Shown: positions 43,030 to 56,908, counted from the stretch's first letter. The stretch: 64,000 nucleotides of DNA from Octopus sinensis (GCF_006345805.1 NC_043003.1:115444001-115508000); one strand, 5' to 3'. The notes: generated by a model not told the origin, from the sequence alone. Numbers and translations are program-made.

Positions 43030-44002
43030 AACTACTCCTATTCATAAAGAAATTTGCCTAAGAGCAATAATAGTTTATAGGAAAGCGCCTGCTGCAGAAC
43101 ATAGTACAAACAAATACAATCTAAAGAGTTGTGAATTTAATATTAAGTAGTTAAATTGCGTTATACGGTGGTAGGGGTTATCAAATGAGTAAATCTAATG
43201 GTGTCAACAATCAATGAAAATTTTTTTTCATTCTAGCGGCGCAACGTGCATTACTTAACTTGAGGGAAGAGAGGTACTAACTTGCCTGCACAAGGGTAAA
43301 TTTACCCTCTCTAAATATAAATAGGTTTTGAGACCCTTTGCATCATACCCACCAATAACACCCAGACCACTTTACCACAGAAATAGTAGTCTTCGATACT
43401 AAATGATGGCATATATTAACTTCCAAATTAAAGCTACTTTCAAAGTATTACACTCCAAGGTCCCTTATAGGTAATCCAGGAGTTTAATCCCTTCACCAAC
43501 GTATCCGAGATAAATTCCACCTCCCACACACAATAACTAAATACATAATATATTTATTAATCTATCTCTCCTTAATATAACCTCCTCATCCCTTTAATAA
43601 TGCCAGATCTTTCAACTATGAACCTAAGTAGAACACAGAGAGCATAAGTACTCTACACCCCACATAAGAGATCCTGTAGCTGCCATCTCAGTAATGGCTT
43701 CATTTGCAACTTACGTTACTTTAACTTGACTTTACTTCCTACACCATGTGTTCGCTTGTTTAAATTAACTTTTCATTCTGGGTCTAATTTTCAGTCAGTT
43801 TATGGCTCTACATCCATTTATTGTCGACCCCACGAGATTTACTCATATCAGACAACACCACCCCCGTATAATATAATTTAACAAGTTGATATTAACTTCA
43901 CACCCTATTAGATTGTATTTGCTTGTACTTTGTACAGCAAGAGGCGCTTTCCTATGAACTATTATTGCCCTTAAGGTATATTTTTGTATGAATAGGAGTG
44001 TA
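43030..44002. repeat. Diverged ~190-bp inverted repeats (43030-43217 / 43812-44002)
   Basis: actcctattcata...gcaataatagtt(t/c)ataggaaagcgcct...aaatacaatctaa...atgagtaaatct occurs on opposite strands. Confidence 0.75.
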
Positions 44003-44100
44003 ATTTTGTAGTAGGCCCCATATGGATGCACCAAAGCAAGGGTTGATATATCGACAAGGTTAGTAATATTCACAATATAAAAGAAATAATAATAATAATG

Positions 44101-44151
<51 letters not shown>

Positions 44152-44809
44152 TTTCCTATGAAAAATTATTGTCTAGAAATCTTATTTAATTTTTATCCGT
44201 TAAATTTTGTATGTATGACAGGCTCAGGACCCCATGCACTCCCTTGTTTATTAAACAGATTTACTTGTAAATCTCACTTTGTGCGTACTCTTGATTTTCA
44301 ATTATATGAGATAATTGCCTCCTAGAAATTTCAAAACTATAGAATACAATTCGATTATCAAATCGAAGTCTTTATTTTGTTGTGCGTGCAAAAATGAATA
44401 AAACAACTAATAGAAGATACTTTTCAGAAACGAGTACTATGGAATTCTAAATTTAATACCTACCTTAGATAAAAAAAACTTTGTTATATAGACTGTCGTT
44501 TATTTCAGATAGCATTCCTGACTTTTAGCTTCGCCAAAGTGAAATGGGTAGCAGGAAGTTCTTAATTCACTGATTTTGAAATGTTAAAAGAAAAATATGA
44601 AAAACAAAAACAAACCTATCACTGGCCAATAGGGTACTTCCTTCAAACAAAACATATGATAATTTATACTCTACGGTATTGTCTTACCAGAAAAGTTGTT
44701 TAGCTCTTAGTCAAACACACACACGCACGCAGATATATTCCAAGACTTGATTGGAAATTTATAGTGCTCCTTTATTGAGAAGATATCCTTTATTGAGAAG
44801 AGCTGGAAA

Positions 44810-45006
44810 CGAGGTAATTTCTACTCTTCTCCTCTAGAAGCCATCTACTCGCGATACCAGAGGGCGCACACTCTCCTACCTTGATATTATAATCTCCAGG
44901 GATACAGGCATCCAGCAACAGGACTTCCGTAATGCTATGATGGATCGTAAAGTCTGGCGTGGCATAGTAAATTCCATTGTCACGGTCGAACAATGATGAT
45001 GATGAT
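44810..45006 (+). mobile_element. RTE-type LINE 3' end
   Basis: KPSTRDTRGRTLSYLDIIISRDTGIQQQDFRNAMMDRKVWRGIV... followed by a (GAT)n tail. Confidence 0.7.
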
Positions 45007-48002
45007 CACTACTGTAATCAAATCTTAAGGCTACTTAAATCAGTCAATATCAGTTGTGGTTACTGATGCTCTTAAAACTAAATGATGTCTGTTTATATCT
45101 AAGTATTCAGGCGTATGTACGTGTGCGCACATGCGCGGATCTGACAAGGTGGGGAGAAAAGATAACGAGAGAGAAAAGACAAAGGGGAAAGAAGAATCAG
45201 ATGGATGGCACAGGCAAAGAGAAATCAGAAACGCAAAAACGCATCTATCACCTAGGATTTATTGAAATGTCTTAATATATGAAATCGATTGAAAATGAAA
45301 TAACCACAGGTTCTATATTTAGATATCTATGAAGAGAAAGAAAGAAGATGTGGGTTTATGATCATCGCTATTTTTATATTATAACGTACATTTGTGAATC
45401 CCGATTTAGAAATATTAACTTCGTTTTAGTGAAATTTAAAACATCGCCAAAACTTTGCAATTTTATATGGTGTTGTTCCTTTTAGAAACTATGAAGTGGG
45501 AATTCTGTATCGCTTCTGTAAATATCATTAAAATAATTTTGTAAATGTGCACAAACATTTATTGATTCAATTAAGGTGATTGTTTTCTATCATTTACTGA
45601 AAAGCAGAAGTGTTTTACACTCTACATCAACCGCATACGATGCTTCGGAGTCATTGCCACTGGAGATCTCATTGCTTAAATAGAGTTTCCTCTCAAATTT
45701 TGAAGGACCTATGAAAAATAATCTATTATTTAAAACTGTCGCATCAACACTTCATACCTAACTTTCTAATATTCTGTCTTTCCTCTTCAACATGTGTATT
45801 GTTATTCACGTTAAAATTCTATGAATGTTTTCGAGAGCGAAAGAGGGACATAGAAAGAGTTGAAGAAAAAGATATTTAGATTTCCTTTCAACACAATTAG
45901 CTCAACAATTATTGAGATCGTACTATAATATCGGAAACCAAAATCCTCAACACCAATAACCGCTGTTGAAACAAACAGAAAGGCAATAAAATTATCTACT
46001 TCTCGGACTCAATGTCATTTCACCAAATTATGTGGCGCACATACTTTTTACACACTAACTTTGTACAATAATTACTATAAGCGACATTCCAATTTAAATC
46101 ACTCGTTGACATGGAATATAAAATAAGCGGAAAATCCAACTGAAACACTGGATACGACTCGAGTTATAACTAACATTTCTCTCACGGATTCTTGGTTCGG
46201 ATGGCTGTCACTTTTAAGTTCCGTGCTCGTCACTTCATATCTATTGTCGAACAAACTTCTTCAATGCATTTTCCTCGTTATCTTCAGAGTGTCTGATGAT
46301 TATTCTGGTGCGATATTCATCTTTCATGTAGCATTCTCAGAAGTAGATACAGCTGAAATTATGCTTCTTTTTTTTCTAGGTGGGTCCCCTTGAAATCGTA
46401 TATTTTCTCTAGTATAAAATACCTAAGAGGCACAAGCAACTGTACTTAGATAATTATTAAATTATCTCTAAATATGCCCTTTATAATAAATAAATCATCA
46501 TGATTGGTAATATTAATGGATTACTAATTTATCATTCGATTCCTCACTTTGTATATAATCAAGTACCACAAAAATGAAATCTTGTGTTCACTTCTCCGAA
46601 AAGATTTCTGTTTTTGCGCTGTATTTATATATTTTGGATGTTTCCTTCGATATAACCCTTCATTGAATAATAACTTTATATCAGCCATTATTATTACATT
46701 TATGGAGAATTTCCTATCGTAATACAGTTTTCCTTTGTTAAAAAGTAAATTTACCCAAGATAAAATGTAAGTTATATGGAGTAAGTGAACAAAAGTAGTA
46801 TGAAAGCTGCATAAATATTAATTATATGAAAACCAATGTTTCAATGAGAAATATTGATAGGTTTCGAAGTGATTGATTAGATAATGAGCAATATTTTAAA
46901 ATCACCCAACTCCAGAAGTCGTTTTAGTTGACCTTCAACAGCGCTTGTATTCATCCACTTGTTTACACGGAATATCTTGACAACTCCTGTGTTAGTAAGG
47001 ATTCCCAATTCTATCTGCCCCATAGTTCAACACGTTATGATTTGCACACACACACACAGACTTTCATTGCCGTATTCATTTCCCACTCCTTTATGCAACC
47101 TTCTGCTCCCCTATCGGTTTGAGACATGAATCTAAATTAATATTTCGCAGCGTAAAAGAAAGAAAGAAAAACACAGTAAAAAATGCGATTAGTATCTCAT
47201 CATTCCACTGCGTAACAATTATTAATTGCTTCATTAGTTAATGATGTAACATATGCCAATGAGAATATGCAATAAATTACACGGATAACTGTTTGCTGTA
47301 AAACTCGCAAGTTCATTTGCTACTCTAAAATTATACACACTGACCATTGACAATATAAATACTTTCATCGTTATTCCTATGATATATGGTATTACAATTT
47401 CAGCTGAGTAAAACCTCCAATATGATTATAATAGATATTGTCTTACTATTCCACTGTCTCTCAACAAATGTTGAACGCAATTTTGTACCCAAGTCTTTTA
47501 AACAGAGTTTGTGCAAATATATTTTCTAAGATGGAAGACAAGAAGAGTGATATTAATTTTACATATTGCACGAATTTTAAGTAAGTCGGACACAATTGTT
47601 GCATTTTTTTCAGAATCAGCTTTAATGTACTTCATTAATTCTGTTTTGAAAATATTTTGTTTTGAATATAAGCCGATTATCTTCAGTTTTAAGAAATACT
47701 TTAAAAGGATTTATATTTAGAATATAGATAAAACTTCTGTGCTAAGTTATTCGAGAGTAACAGTGAGATGTAAGACATTTTGTTGATTCGATATACCCAA
47801 CACGAAATAGGTACTTGAAGTGAGAGCAAATAATAATTAAAAGTATTTGGTTACTTTAAACTGCTGACGTTGAAAAGCTATCGTAATATTCAAACAGAAG
47901 CCTAAATCCCCGTCGCATCACCATCACGTCCCAGTCCTACAGCCCTTTACATGATTTCTCTGCTTACCGTTAGCGATTCCATCAATATAATATTAAAACC
48001 AT

Positions 48003-48431
48003 GGATCTTTTCGGTTTGAACGGCAGTTTTTAACATAATTTCTAGGTAACTAAAAATTTTAAACTTCGTATACTGGTAGAATGTGTTTATAAAACATCTT
48101 TTTCTCTTGGCTTTATTGAGAAAATTCTATAGTTTGTAAGATATTTGTTGTTTTTTTTTTCTTCAATTTCTGCAATTTCAACCAATCAGTGACGTCTATT
48201 AAGTTAAAAAGCATTCCGTGCCGTATGAATATGTCCCTCGTTTAAGAAACAGATTGGGTTTATTTACATTTGGGAAGAAAAACAGATACTCTTCCCCCAC
48301 CCCTAACCCTAACCCTAAACCTAGCCCTAAAAGAGATTGAAATGCAATAGATCGATTCTAGGGTCATAATTATGGGTAACAATTTCATATGACGCCGCTA
48401 GAAAAAACTGCCGTTCAAACCAAAAAGATCC
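48003..48431. mobile_element. MITE family E with perfect 8-bp TSD aaaaccat
   Basis: TSD at 47995-48002 and 48432-48439; ~28-bp TIRs; (CCCTAA)n inside. Confidence 0.9.
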
Positions 48432-48657
48432 AAAACCATAACTAGTCAAGCCTTAACTAAAACACAATAACTCACTTGTATTGCACCCGATGATAATATT
48501 ACCAATGACTGTTTGCCTATTGAGTTATACTAAACTACTTTAATGAGATATAAGTTTCCACACTTGTAATGTTCACAATGATTATATTATGTAAGGATTT
48601 TTGGGAAGCAAATATTTTCGCTCGGTAAACGGTAGAAAGTATGTCTTCTTTATGCAT

Positions 48658-49030
48658 CTAACCCTCCAACGCGGAGTACAGGCCACTTATAATTGAATTC
48701 CATGTCGCATAATTTTTGGCTTCTGTACTTATACTCTGCCATGAATGTCCTTCTTTCTCTAGTTCCATTTGTGTTGATCTCCTCCACGAGTTCTTAGGCC
48801 TACCTCTCCTTCTATATCCAACCGGTTTCCACTTTAAAGCACTTTTCGCTACATTTGGTGTCATTTCTAATTGTGCTACCAATCCACTTCCACTTTTTCT
48901 TAAATATTTGTTCCCTAATCGAAACTTCATTTGTTCTTTGCCATAGCTCCATATTACTTATGTGTTTGGGCCATCTAATTTTAAGTATACTACGCAAGCA
49001 TCTGTTGGTGAATGACTGTATTTACTTATT
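48658..49030 (-). pseudogene. RTE-clade LINE ORF C-terminal fragment
   Basis: NRCLRSILKIRWPKHISNMELWQRT...KKKWKWIG / AKSALKWKPVGYRRRGRPKNSWRR...W (one frameshift). Confidence 0.85.
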
Positions 49031-49532
49031 TGACTTAACTTAAATAAATTTCAAGAATATCAATTAGTGATTAATACAATTTTCTCAATTACCAAAACGT
49101 TTAAATACATATAAAAAAGAGTAACAATTAAAAAGGAATACTAGCAACTTAAAGTTAATAATTGTTTAAGCATTTCCCATTTGTTACAAATGTAGATTGA
49201 ATAGACTGGGCTTTCATCGCTACTGCTCTAAACACAGAAGGACTGGAGAAGCATATCCGCATATCATCTGAACCCAGATTTCGGAATGATTAAGAGAGGA
49301 ACTAAAACTGCATGCTATTGCGTTTTTTTCACGTTGATTACCAAGATAATACTATGTTGTATACAACATCTATCAAGAGAGATGTACCACATTTTCTCTA
49401 CTTTTCCCTATTTGTCTTTGATGACGGAATATCCCATACTCAGCGATATCCCAGAAACAGGTGTAAAACTTTGAATTTTGTCCAATAATGATAATGTATG
49501 TCACTTGAGATGTCTGCATTGCCTTAACGTTA

Positions 49533-49672
49533 TATGTATCTTTCTGTCGAAGAGCGTAGGCTAGAAACGTAAAGGACTTGTTCTATTTCTATTCCTGAGC
49601 GGCATACTTATACATTTGTTTGTTTGTACTCCACCTGCCTTCGTCTTTTGTTTATTTTCGGAAACCATCCCG
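49533..49672 (+). mobile_element. Solo H1 fragment next to (TA)n
   Basis: tctttctgtcgaagagcgtaggctagaaacgtaaagg; matches 16480-16615. Confidence 0.8.
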
Positions 49673-49709
<37 letters not shown>

Positions 49710-49712
<3 letters not shown>

Positions 49713-50051
49713 GTAAAGACCCCCTTCGGTCATGAATGACCATGGGATTGCACCTAGAAAGTTACCCCCCTAGACACAAGTCCGGGCAAGGTTGTTTATG
49801 GAAGGCCAGCAGTCATCCATGCATACCAGCCTCCCCTCTCCACCCCACCAGTGCTATCCAAGGGAAAGGCAAGGGCCGATACAGCTTGGCACCCGTGACG
49901 TCGCAACTCATTTCTACAGCTGAGTGAACTGGAGCAACGTGAAATAAAGTGCCTTGCTCGAGAACACAACAAGCAGCTCGGTCCGGGATTCGAGCTCACA
50001 ACCTCACGATCGTAAGCTCGACGCTCTAACCACTGAGCCATGCGCCTTCAC
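49710..50051 (-). mobile_element. tRNA-derived SINE family G
   Basis: Head GTGAAGGCGCATGGCTCAGTGGTTAGAGCG...GAGCTCGAATCCC, CORE-like gagcaaggcactttatttcacgttgctccagttcactcagctg, TTTACCC tail. Confidence 0.85.
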
Positions 50052-50070
50052 TAAATATATATATATATAT

Positions 50071-50551
50071 ATAATAGAAATATTAAAATAACTAAGTCTC
50101 TCTAAAAGAGAACAGCGGCAGCATTCCCGGAAAATAATAGTTATCGCCATACTAATATGGCATTCTTATAAAAATAAGAAAAAAGCTGTCCGCTTATTAG
50201 CTCCATGAGGCCATCGCCTTAAGTTAGCTATTTGATACACAAACTGTATCCATATAACCTTCGAACAAGGGAGGTCAGTCGCTCCACACTACTTGACCGG
50301 CAGCTACAGACGCGTTTCGGAGTATTGCCCCTTTTTTTTGCCCCTTTTTTTTTTGAAAAGGGGCAATACTCCGAAACGCGTCTGTAGCTGCCGGTGAAGT
50401 AGTGTGGAGCGACTGACCTCCCTTGTTCGAAGGTTATATGGATACAGTTTGTGTATCAAATAGCTAACTTAAGGCGATGGCCTCATGGAGCTAATAAGCG
50501 GACAGCTTTTTTCTTATTTTCATAAGAATGCCATATTAGTATGGCGATAAC

Positions 50552-50556
<5 letters not shown>
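50071..50556. mobile_element. Family H5 fold-back palindrome in (TA)n
   Basis: Left arm 50071-50335 (minus), right arm 50353-50556 (plus); the centre lies at the hammerhead core. Confidence 0.9.
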
Positions 50557-50607
<51 letters not shown>

Positions 50608-51411
50608 GTATATTTAGACATGCATATGTATATATGAATGCATGCAGATATTTATGTATGTATATGGGAAGTTTAACCCATCCACGTTTAGCGGAACCTG
50701 TTCTCTTGCATGAATATGGCCTTTGTTCTGAGCATACTGTGCTTCGTAACCATCAGTTGTCTCGAAGAGCCGGTGGAGTGATACTGGCTGGTATAAAGTC
50801 GCGACTGAAACTGGTTGAGCAGTGTAGTTTTCGAATAAACTAACAAGAGAATAATTCACTAAAGAGAGGATATTAAAGATTTAACGGGAAAGTAAAGACA
50901 AACGAATGAAACGAGGCATGTTATAAATAGTAATGAAATATACAGTATACATAAATAATTTCCGCGAAAGGTCCGAGAAGTTGTTTCGTCAAGAATTTCG
51001 TAATAAAAACTGCCAGAGAAATTATACGCTACTACAAATTTGATGTTATTGCTGAAAATATATTACAGTCATTCTTGTAGCCTAGACAACGAGATGGGTA
51101 TTGCTTATAATATACGATAATTTTGTTGATGATAATGTCGATGCAGCTAAAGGCACTATTAGACATATTTACAAATTTATCTTCAATATTGCTATGCTAT
51201 TCGTGCAGAATTCCCTTAATCCATTTTCCATCTATGATATCAGTAGAATTGAGAAATCTATTCGTTCTTAAAGACATGTATTTGGAGCGTGCATATTCGC
51301 ATTCATACATAAGGGAATCTCATATAGAGAAAAACCTATGGGATCACTACAAACACGGCAGATTTACCTATTTCTCTGCCATTAAAGGAATAGAGGAACA
51401 CTTAATCTATT

Positions 51412-51709
51412 GTGGAGGCACATGGCCTAGTGGTTAGAGCAGCTGACTGGCGGTCGAGGGATCGCAGGTTCGAATCTCAGACCGGGCGATGTGTGTGTTT
51501 ATGAGCGAAAACACCTAAACTCCACGCGGCTCTGGCAGAAGGTAATGGCGAACTTCTGCTGACTCTTTCGCCACAACTTTCTTTGCATCTAGCAGCTCAC
51601 GTGCGACGGACCGGCGTCCCGTCCAGTTGGGGAACCTATACGCCAAAATACCGGAAAACCGGCACTTATGAGCCAGGCATGGCTCGAGAAGGAACAAACA
51701 AACAAACAA
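51412..51709 (+). mobile_element. SINE family B
   Basis: Forward copy with A/B boxes and (AAAC)n tail; flanked by an acttaatctatt direct repeat. Confidence 0.9.
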
Positions 51710-52249
51710 AGCAACTTAATCTATTCACAACCCGTATTAGCGTCTAATCAGGGGTATGTAGATCATTTGACTAGTCCCAGACAAATAGCCAATCTATTAA
51801 ACAAATTTCTTAAACAAATTTCTTAGCTCCAGGAAATAAGTGCTTTTAATTTGCATATGTATATATGTAAAGTTGTGTATGTGCATATATTTATATGTAT
51901 CGCTTATTGTTCATATATTCGAAATAGAAGCATATTCCAAGTAATATTGTTCTTAAGAACTTAAAAGCTATAGTCGGTCATGGAGTGACTATTGGTTTCG
52001 CACCTATAAAACGCTTATCAGTATAGGCAACTCGTCAGACTCAAAGGGCTGAAAGCGCATAATTTCTCTAGAGCTGGAGAAGGAAATATGTAACGATCAG
52101 TTGGTTTTGGAGACAAACAATAATTATCCGTACTACAAGCGGCACGTGATTAGCGGGGATGGGTTATCTCGCATTTACCCTCTCTTGCCATGGTGATATA
52201 TGAAGGAGCTGTAGCGAAACTATTTAACGAATGGGAAATTCCAAGTCTG

Positions 52250-52513
52250 AAGGGTATCTTTTTCTGATTCTTAAACGACGGACATATTCATACGACACAG
52301 AATGTTTTTTTATCTCAATAGACGTCACTGATTGGTTGAAATTGCAGAAATTGAAGGAAAAAAACAACAAATATCATACAAACTATAGAATTTTCTCAAT
52401 AAAGCCAAGAGAAAAAGATGTTTTATAAACCAATTCTACCAGTATACGAAGTTTAAAATTTTTTAGTTACCTAGAAATTATGTTAAAAACTGCGGTTCAA
52501 ATCGAAAAGATCC
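52250..52513. mobile_element. MITE family E, one end only
   Basis: Ends aaaactgcggttcaaatcgaaaagatcc. Confidence 0.85.
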
Positions 52514-53031
52514 AGATATTTTTCCAACTGTTCATGATCATGTATAGTATATAATGACTGGTATTATTAGTATTTATATTCTCGATCTGAAGGGATATAA
52601 GAAAAAATCCTTTTCCACCGTTATGTAAGTCTTAAAATATTAAAAATCAGTTACTTTCTCTCATTTACATTAAAACCAAAAAAGCAGGCGAAACAGTTAT
52701 CGCAAAGAGCTTCCTTACATATCGAAATTGATGTCGATTAATCTAATATCATAGAAGTTTAAAAAGAAAACAAGAAAAAAACAGGAAGAGCAATTTCTCA
52801 TTTCACTAAAGCATGTCTGAAAGTGTTTGAAGAGAATGAAGGGGAAAATTCAATCGACTGAAGAATTGGAAAGATAATTAGAATATTAATACTTAAAGTT
52901 TTACATCAAACACAAATTCGTGTTTGAAATTAGATTATTATGAGAAATAACTACTAAGTGGAAACTTCTGTAAATACCACTGATATATGTTGCAAGCCTA
53001 CGGTAATAATAAACTGATTACGTATAATTAT

Positions 53032-53452
53032 AGGCGCAGGAGTGGCTGTGTGGTAAGTAGCTTGCTAACCAACCACATGGTTCCGGGTTCAGTCCCACTG
53101 CGTGGCATCTTGGGCAAGTGTTTTCTGCTATAGCCCCGGGCCGACCAATGCCTTGTGAGTGGATTTGGTTGACGGAAACTGAAAGAAGCCTGTCGTATAT
53201 ATGTATATATATATAAGTGTGTGTGTATATGTTTGTGTGTCTGTGTTTGTCCCCCTAGCATTGCTTGACAACCGATGCTGGTGTGTTTACATCCCCGTCA
53301 CTTAGCGTTTCGACAAAAGAGACCGATAGAATAAGTACTGGGCTTACAAAGAATAAGTCCCGGAGTCGATTTGCTCGACTAAAGGCGGTGCTCCAGCATG
53401 GCCGCAGTCAAATGACTGAAACAAGTAAAGAGTAAGAGTAAAGAGAAAGAGA
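53032..53452 (+). mobile_element. SINE family A
   Basis: Full-length forward copy. Confidence 0.9.
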
Positions 53453-53740
53453 GTTATCCATTTTATATAAAATAAAATTGTATTATATTTTTCAAGCATA
53501 TGTTGCTACAAAACCATGTGATATCTAAAAAAAACTTACGCAATTTAATCATCTTCTTATTCAGTATACGATGGTGATATTGTTGCAAAACTATATGTAT
53601 ATGTTGTGTAGACGCCCCCCAGACGATGACGTAGGCTAGCCCAATACGTACATATAGAGGGAGAAGTTTAGACGTCAGGGTTGAGTAGCGCTAAGAGAAG
53701 TAGAAGAGAGTGAAGCAGTAGAGGCATTATTCTCATATGA

Positions 53741-54157
53741 AGGTGGTGAGCTGGCAGAAACGTTAGCACGCCGGGCGAAATGCGTAGCCGTATTTCGTCT
53801 GCCGTTACGTTCTGAGTTCAAATTCCGTCGAGGTCGACTTTGCCTTTCATCCTTTCGGCGTCGATAAATTAAGCACCAGGTATGCACAGGGGTCGATGTA
53901 ATCGACTTAATCCGTTTGTCTGTCCTTTTTTGTCCCCTCTGTGTTTACCCCCTTGTGGGTAGTAAAGAAATAGGTATTTTGTCTGCCGTTACTTTCTGAA
54001 TTGAAATTCCGCCGATGTCGACTTTGCCTTTCATCCTTTCAGGGTCGATAAATTAAGTACCAGATACGCACTGGGGTCGATGTAATCGACTTAATCCGTT
54101 TATTTGTCCTTGTTTGTCCCCTCTATGTTTAGCCCCTTGTGGGCAATAAAGAAATAA
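53741..54157 (+). mobile_element. SINE family F, dimeric
   Basis: Head GGTGGTGAGCTGGCAGAAACG...GAGTTCAAATTCC; the ~180-bp body is repeated twice. Confidence 0.85.
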
Positions 54158-54539
54158 GCATATTATTCTCATACTTCCCTCTTGCTCTCTCACTTTCTTT
54201 CTCTCTCATTTTACGTGTGAGTAGTGATTTGCGCGTCTGTAGGTTACTTTCTGTAAAAGTTGTCTAAATACGTGGGGATTTGAGGGATAAGCCAAATCAA
54301 ATTTAACTGATCTGCAAGCTTACTAAACACTCAGTGTTTAGTTTGGCTGATGGAGATCGTATCACAAACAGAATATTGACATATGAATGAAAAGTGTGGT
54401 GAAGCTGCCACTGAAATTGCCTATGATGCGGAGTGATCGGTTGTTTACTTCAATGAGATGCTGGGTGATGGAAGTGCAGTGTCCTGTGTCACTGCAGAGA
54501 AGGAAGAATAGAAGAGCTCCGGCTGGAGAAACGTAAGCA

Positions 54540-55705
54540 GAGAGCATTGTCTGAATATATCTTTCCTGGTGTTTAAAAACGTCCCTGAGTCGAGTGAGAG
54601 CTTATTTCCTTAACCCTGGTGGCATTGTTGCTGCCGTTAGGCAGTTATCGCATACCCTACATCCTGCTTCTGCTTGTGGTTTATGGGTGCTTAATTCAAT
54701 TTCCTTAATGTTGCTCATTATTGCGTACGATATATAAGGACTGCCCAGTGTGGAGGGTGATGCAAATGTGAGGGGGTTGTGTATGAGGCTGAGGTGGCAG
54801 CCACCAGTGACGGGCAAATTAACAGCTTAAGCAGCAATAGTACATCCGACACCAAGGCGGCGAGTTGGCAGAAACGTTAGCACGCTGGGCGAAATGCTTA
54901 GAGGTATTACGTCTGCCGTTACGTTCTGAGTTCGAATTACACCGAGGTCGACTTTGCCTTTCATTCTTTAAGGGTCGATTAAATAAATACCAGTTACGCA
55001 CTGGGGTCGATGTAATCTACTTAATCCCTTTGTCTGTCCTTGTTTGTACCCTCTGTGTTTAGCTCCCTGTGGGCAATAAAGAAATATACATCCGACGCCA
55101 ACAATGACAGTAGCGGCGGCAATGAGCAGAGCCACAGCATAAGCGGCAACAAAGCATCCACCGACAACAGTGGTGACGGCGGTGTTGACAGCAACGCTTC
55201 AAACAGCAGAGGTGGCAATACAAACAGTTACAGCGGCAGCAACGGCAGTAAATTTGCGGTCAGAAATGGCCGCTACGCCAGCAACATCAGAACCACTTGA
55301 CACACGTCCTGGAATATCAGTAGGGGTAGAAACACCACCAGCAACAACAAAGTCTTCAGGCCCGGAGTTAACGAAACAAACATCGGTGGTAGCACAACCA
55401 ATACACAAACACGACACTATGTCGGTTCAACCGTAAAGCATTTTAAGGAACACATGCACAATGACAAGTACACTTTTAGGATAGCGGAAAGGCGAAATAT
55501 CACGTCGCTGACAAGATATACATGCCGATTAAAAGTGGAAGGAACCTCATACATAAATGAATGGAAGCTTCTTGATCAACCAGGTGCTTGTATAAAAGAG
55601 AGCAAATGATGTAATCGTTGCTTGGTTGAGAGGGAAATAATTCTGTTTACAAATTCGGTCGATCTGGAGACCTTTTTACATTCCAGGAAGGAACTATTTA
55701 CTTAA
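54540..55705. pseudogene. Rearranged Penelope-like GIY-YIG remnant
   Basis: Plus strand: DCPV..CKCEGVVYEAEV (~54739-54800) and YVGSTVKHFKEHMHNDKYTFR...WKLLDQ...K*CNRCLVERE...FLHSRKELFT* (55418-55705). Minus strand: ISYAIMSNIKEI (~54700-54735). Confidence 0.65.
54855..55085 (+). mobile_element. SINE family F monomer
   Basis: Matches 53741-53972; flanked by a tacatccgac direct repeat. Confidence 0.85.
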
Positions 55706-55719
55706 TACCCCTTCAGACC

Positions 55720-55855
55720 TAAACCTAACTTACCCTTAGGAACCCTAACCCTAAAACAAATTCAAATGCAATAGATCGATATTAGGGTCATAATTATGGT
55801 TGACAATTTCATATGACACCGCTTGAAAAAACTGCCGTTCAAACCGTAAAGATCC
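55720..55855. mobile_element. MITE family E, telomere-repeat end only
   Basis: aaccctaaccctaa...aaaactgccgttcaaaccgtaaagatcc. Confidence 0.8.
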
Positions 55856-56402
55856 AAATATCTCTATATACGTTGTATATATGTCCCTGCCAAATTTAAT
55901 GTGTATATCATTATTTTTAGTTTAATTTCAAAGAAGTAAAGCAAATCTTTATTTTGCAGTTTTCCGCCGTTGTTAATCTGAATAGAATATAAGTAGTTTT
56001 TACTAAAATACCCATATTTTGCATAACAGCAAACTAATATAACACTTGGATTGAATGGCATATAATATTTACTTTGGAATCTACATAGAAATGCCCTGGT
56101 GTAAATATATTTTGTTATGTTTTAAATGAGCTGAAATATCGAAATGAGTAACTCTCTGGAATTCAATTTGGTCTTTCTAAAGCCTGGCGCCTTACTTTAA
56201 AGAATATCTGACGATGGAATAAGTACCCATTATATAATGTGTTTGGACAAGCGTTTGTATAGTCTAAAGCATTGTCGTCTTTTTCCCAGCAGAACAAACT
56301 ATTTCAATAATGTTTGGTTTGTTAGTTTGTTTTGTTGAAGAAAAATATTACTAGGCACTTGAAGCAAATATATTGCACTTAAGCTGCCTATTCACTTAAA
56401 CA

Positions 56403-56445
<43 letters not shown>

Positions 56446-56459
56446 TAGTAATAATAATA

Positions 56460-56520
<61 letters not shown>

Positions 56521-56908
56521 TAATAATAATAAAAATAATAGCACGAAAATTATATAATAAAAAATAATAATAACAATATATCATATGTAGTAGTAGTAGT
56601 AGTAGTAGTAGTTGTTGTTGTTGTAGTAGTAGTAGCAGTATTAGTAGTAATTGCTGTAGTAGTAGTAGTAGTAGTTGGTGTTGTTGTAGTAGTAGCGTAT
56701 AACGTTTAATAAAAATATAATTTCATTATCATTCACCCCTTCATTTAATCGTTTTCCAAGAATTCATCAATCTATATTTAATTTCCGACTAAAAATACCC
56801 ATTAGCATTTCAATTAAAAATAAACTTAATAACATAAAAATTATTGATCTAAGTTTCTGCTTGGGAAAACATTTACAAAATTTTCTATATACATACATAC
56901 CAAATTAC

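Noticed and set aside
50758-50822. Possible sixth hammerhead-like motif (ctcgaagagccggt...actggc...gaaactggttgag)
   Set aside because: It is a single copy with a broken core and a 3-bp stem I; too weak to call.
51412-51487. tRNA-like sequences (also at ~4746, ~28405-28479, ~49978-50051)
   Set aside because: They are SINE heads continuing into SINE bodies and tails, not stand-alone tRNA genes.
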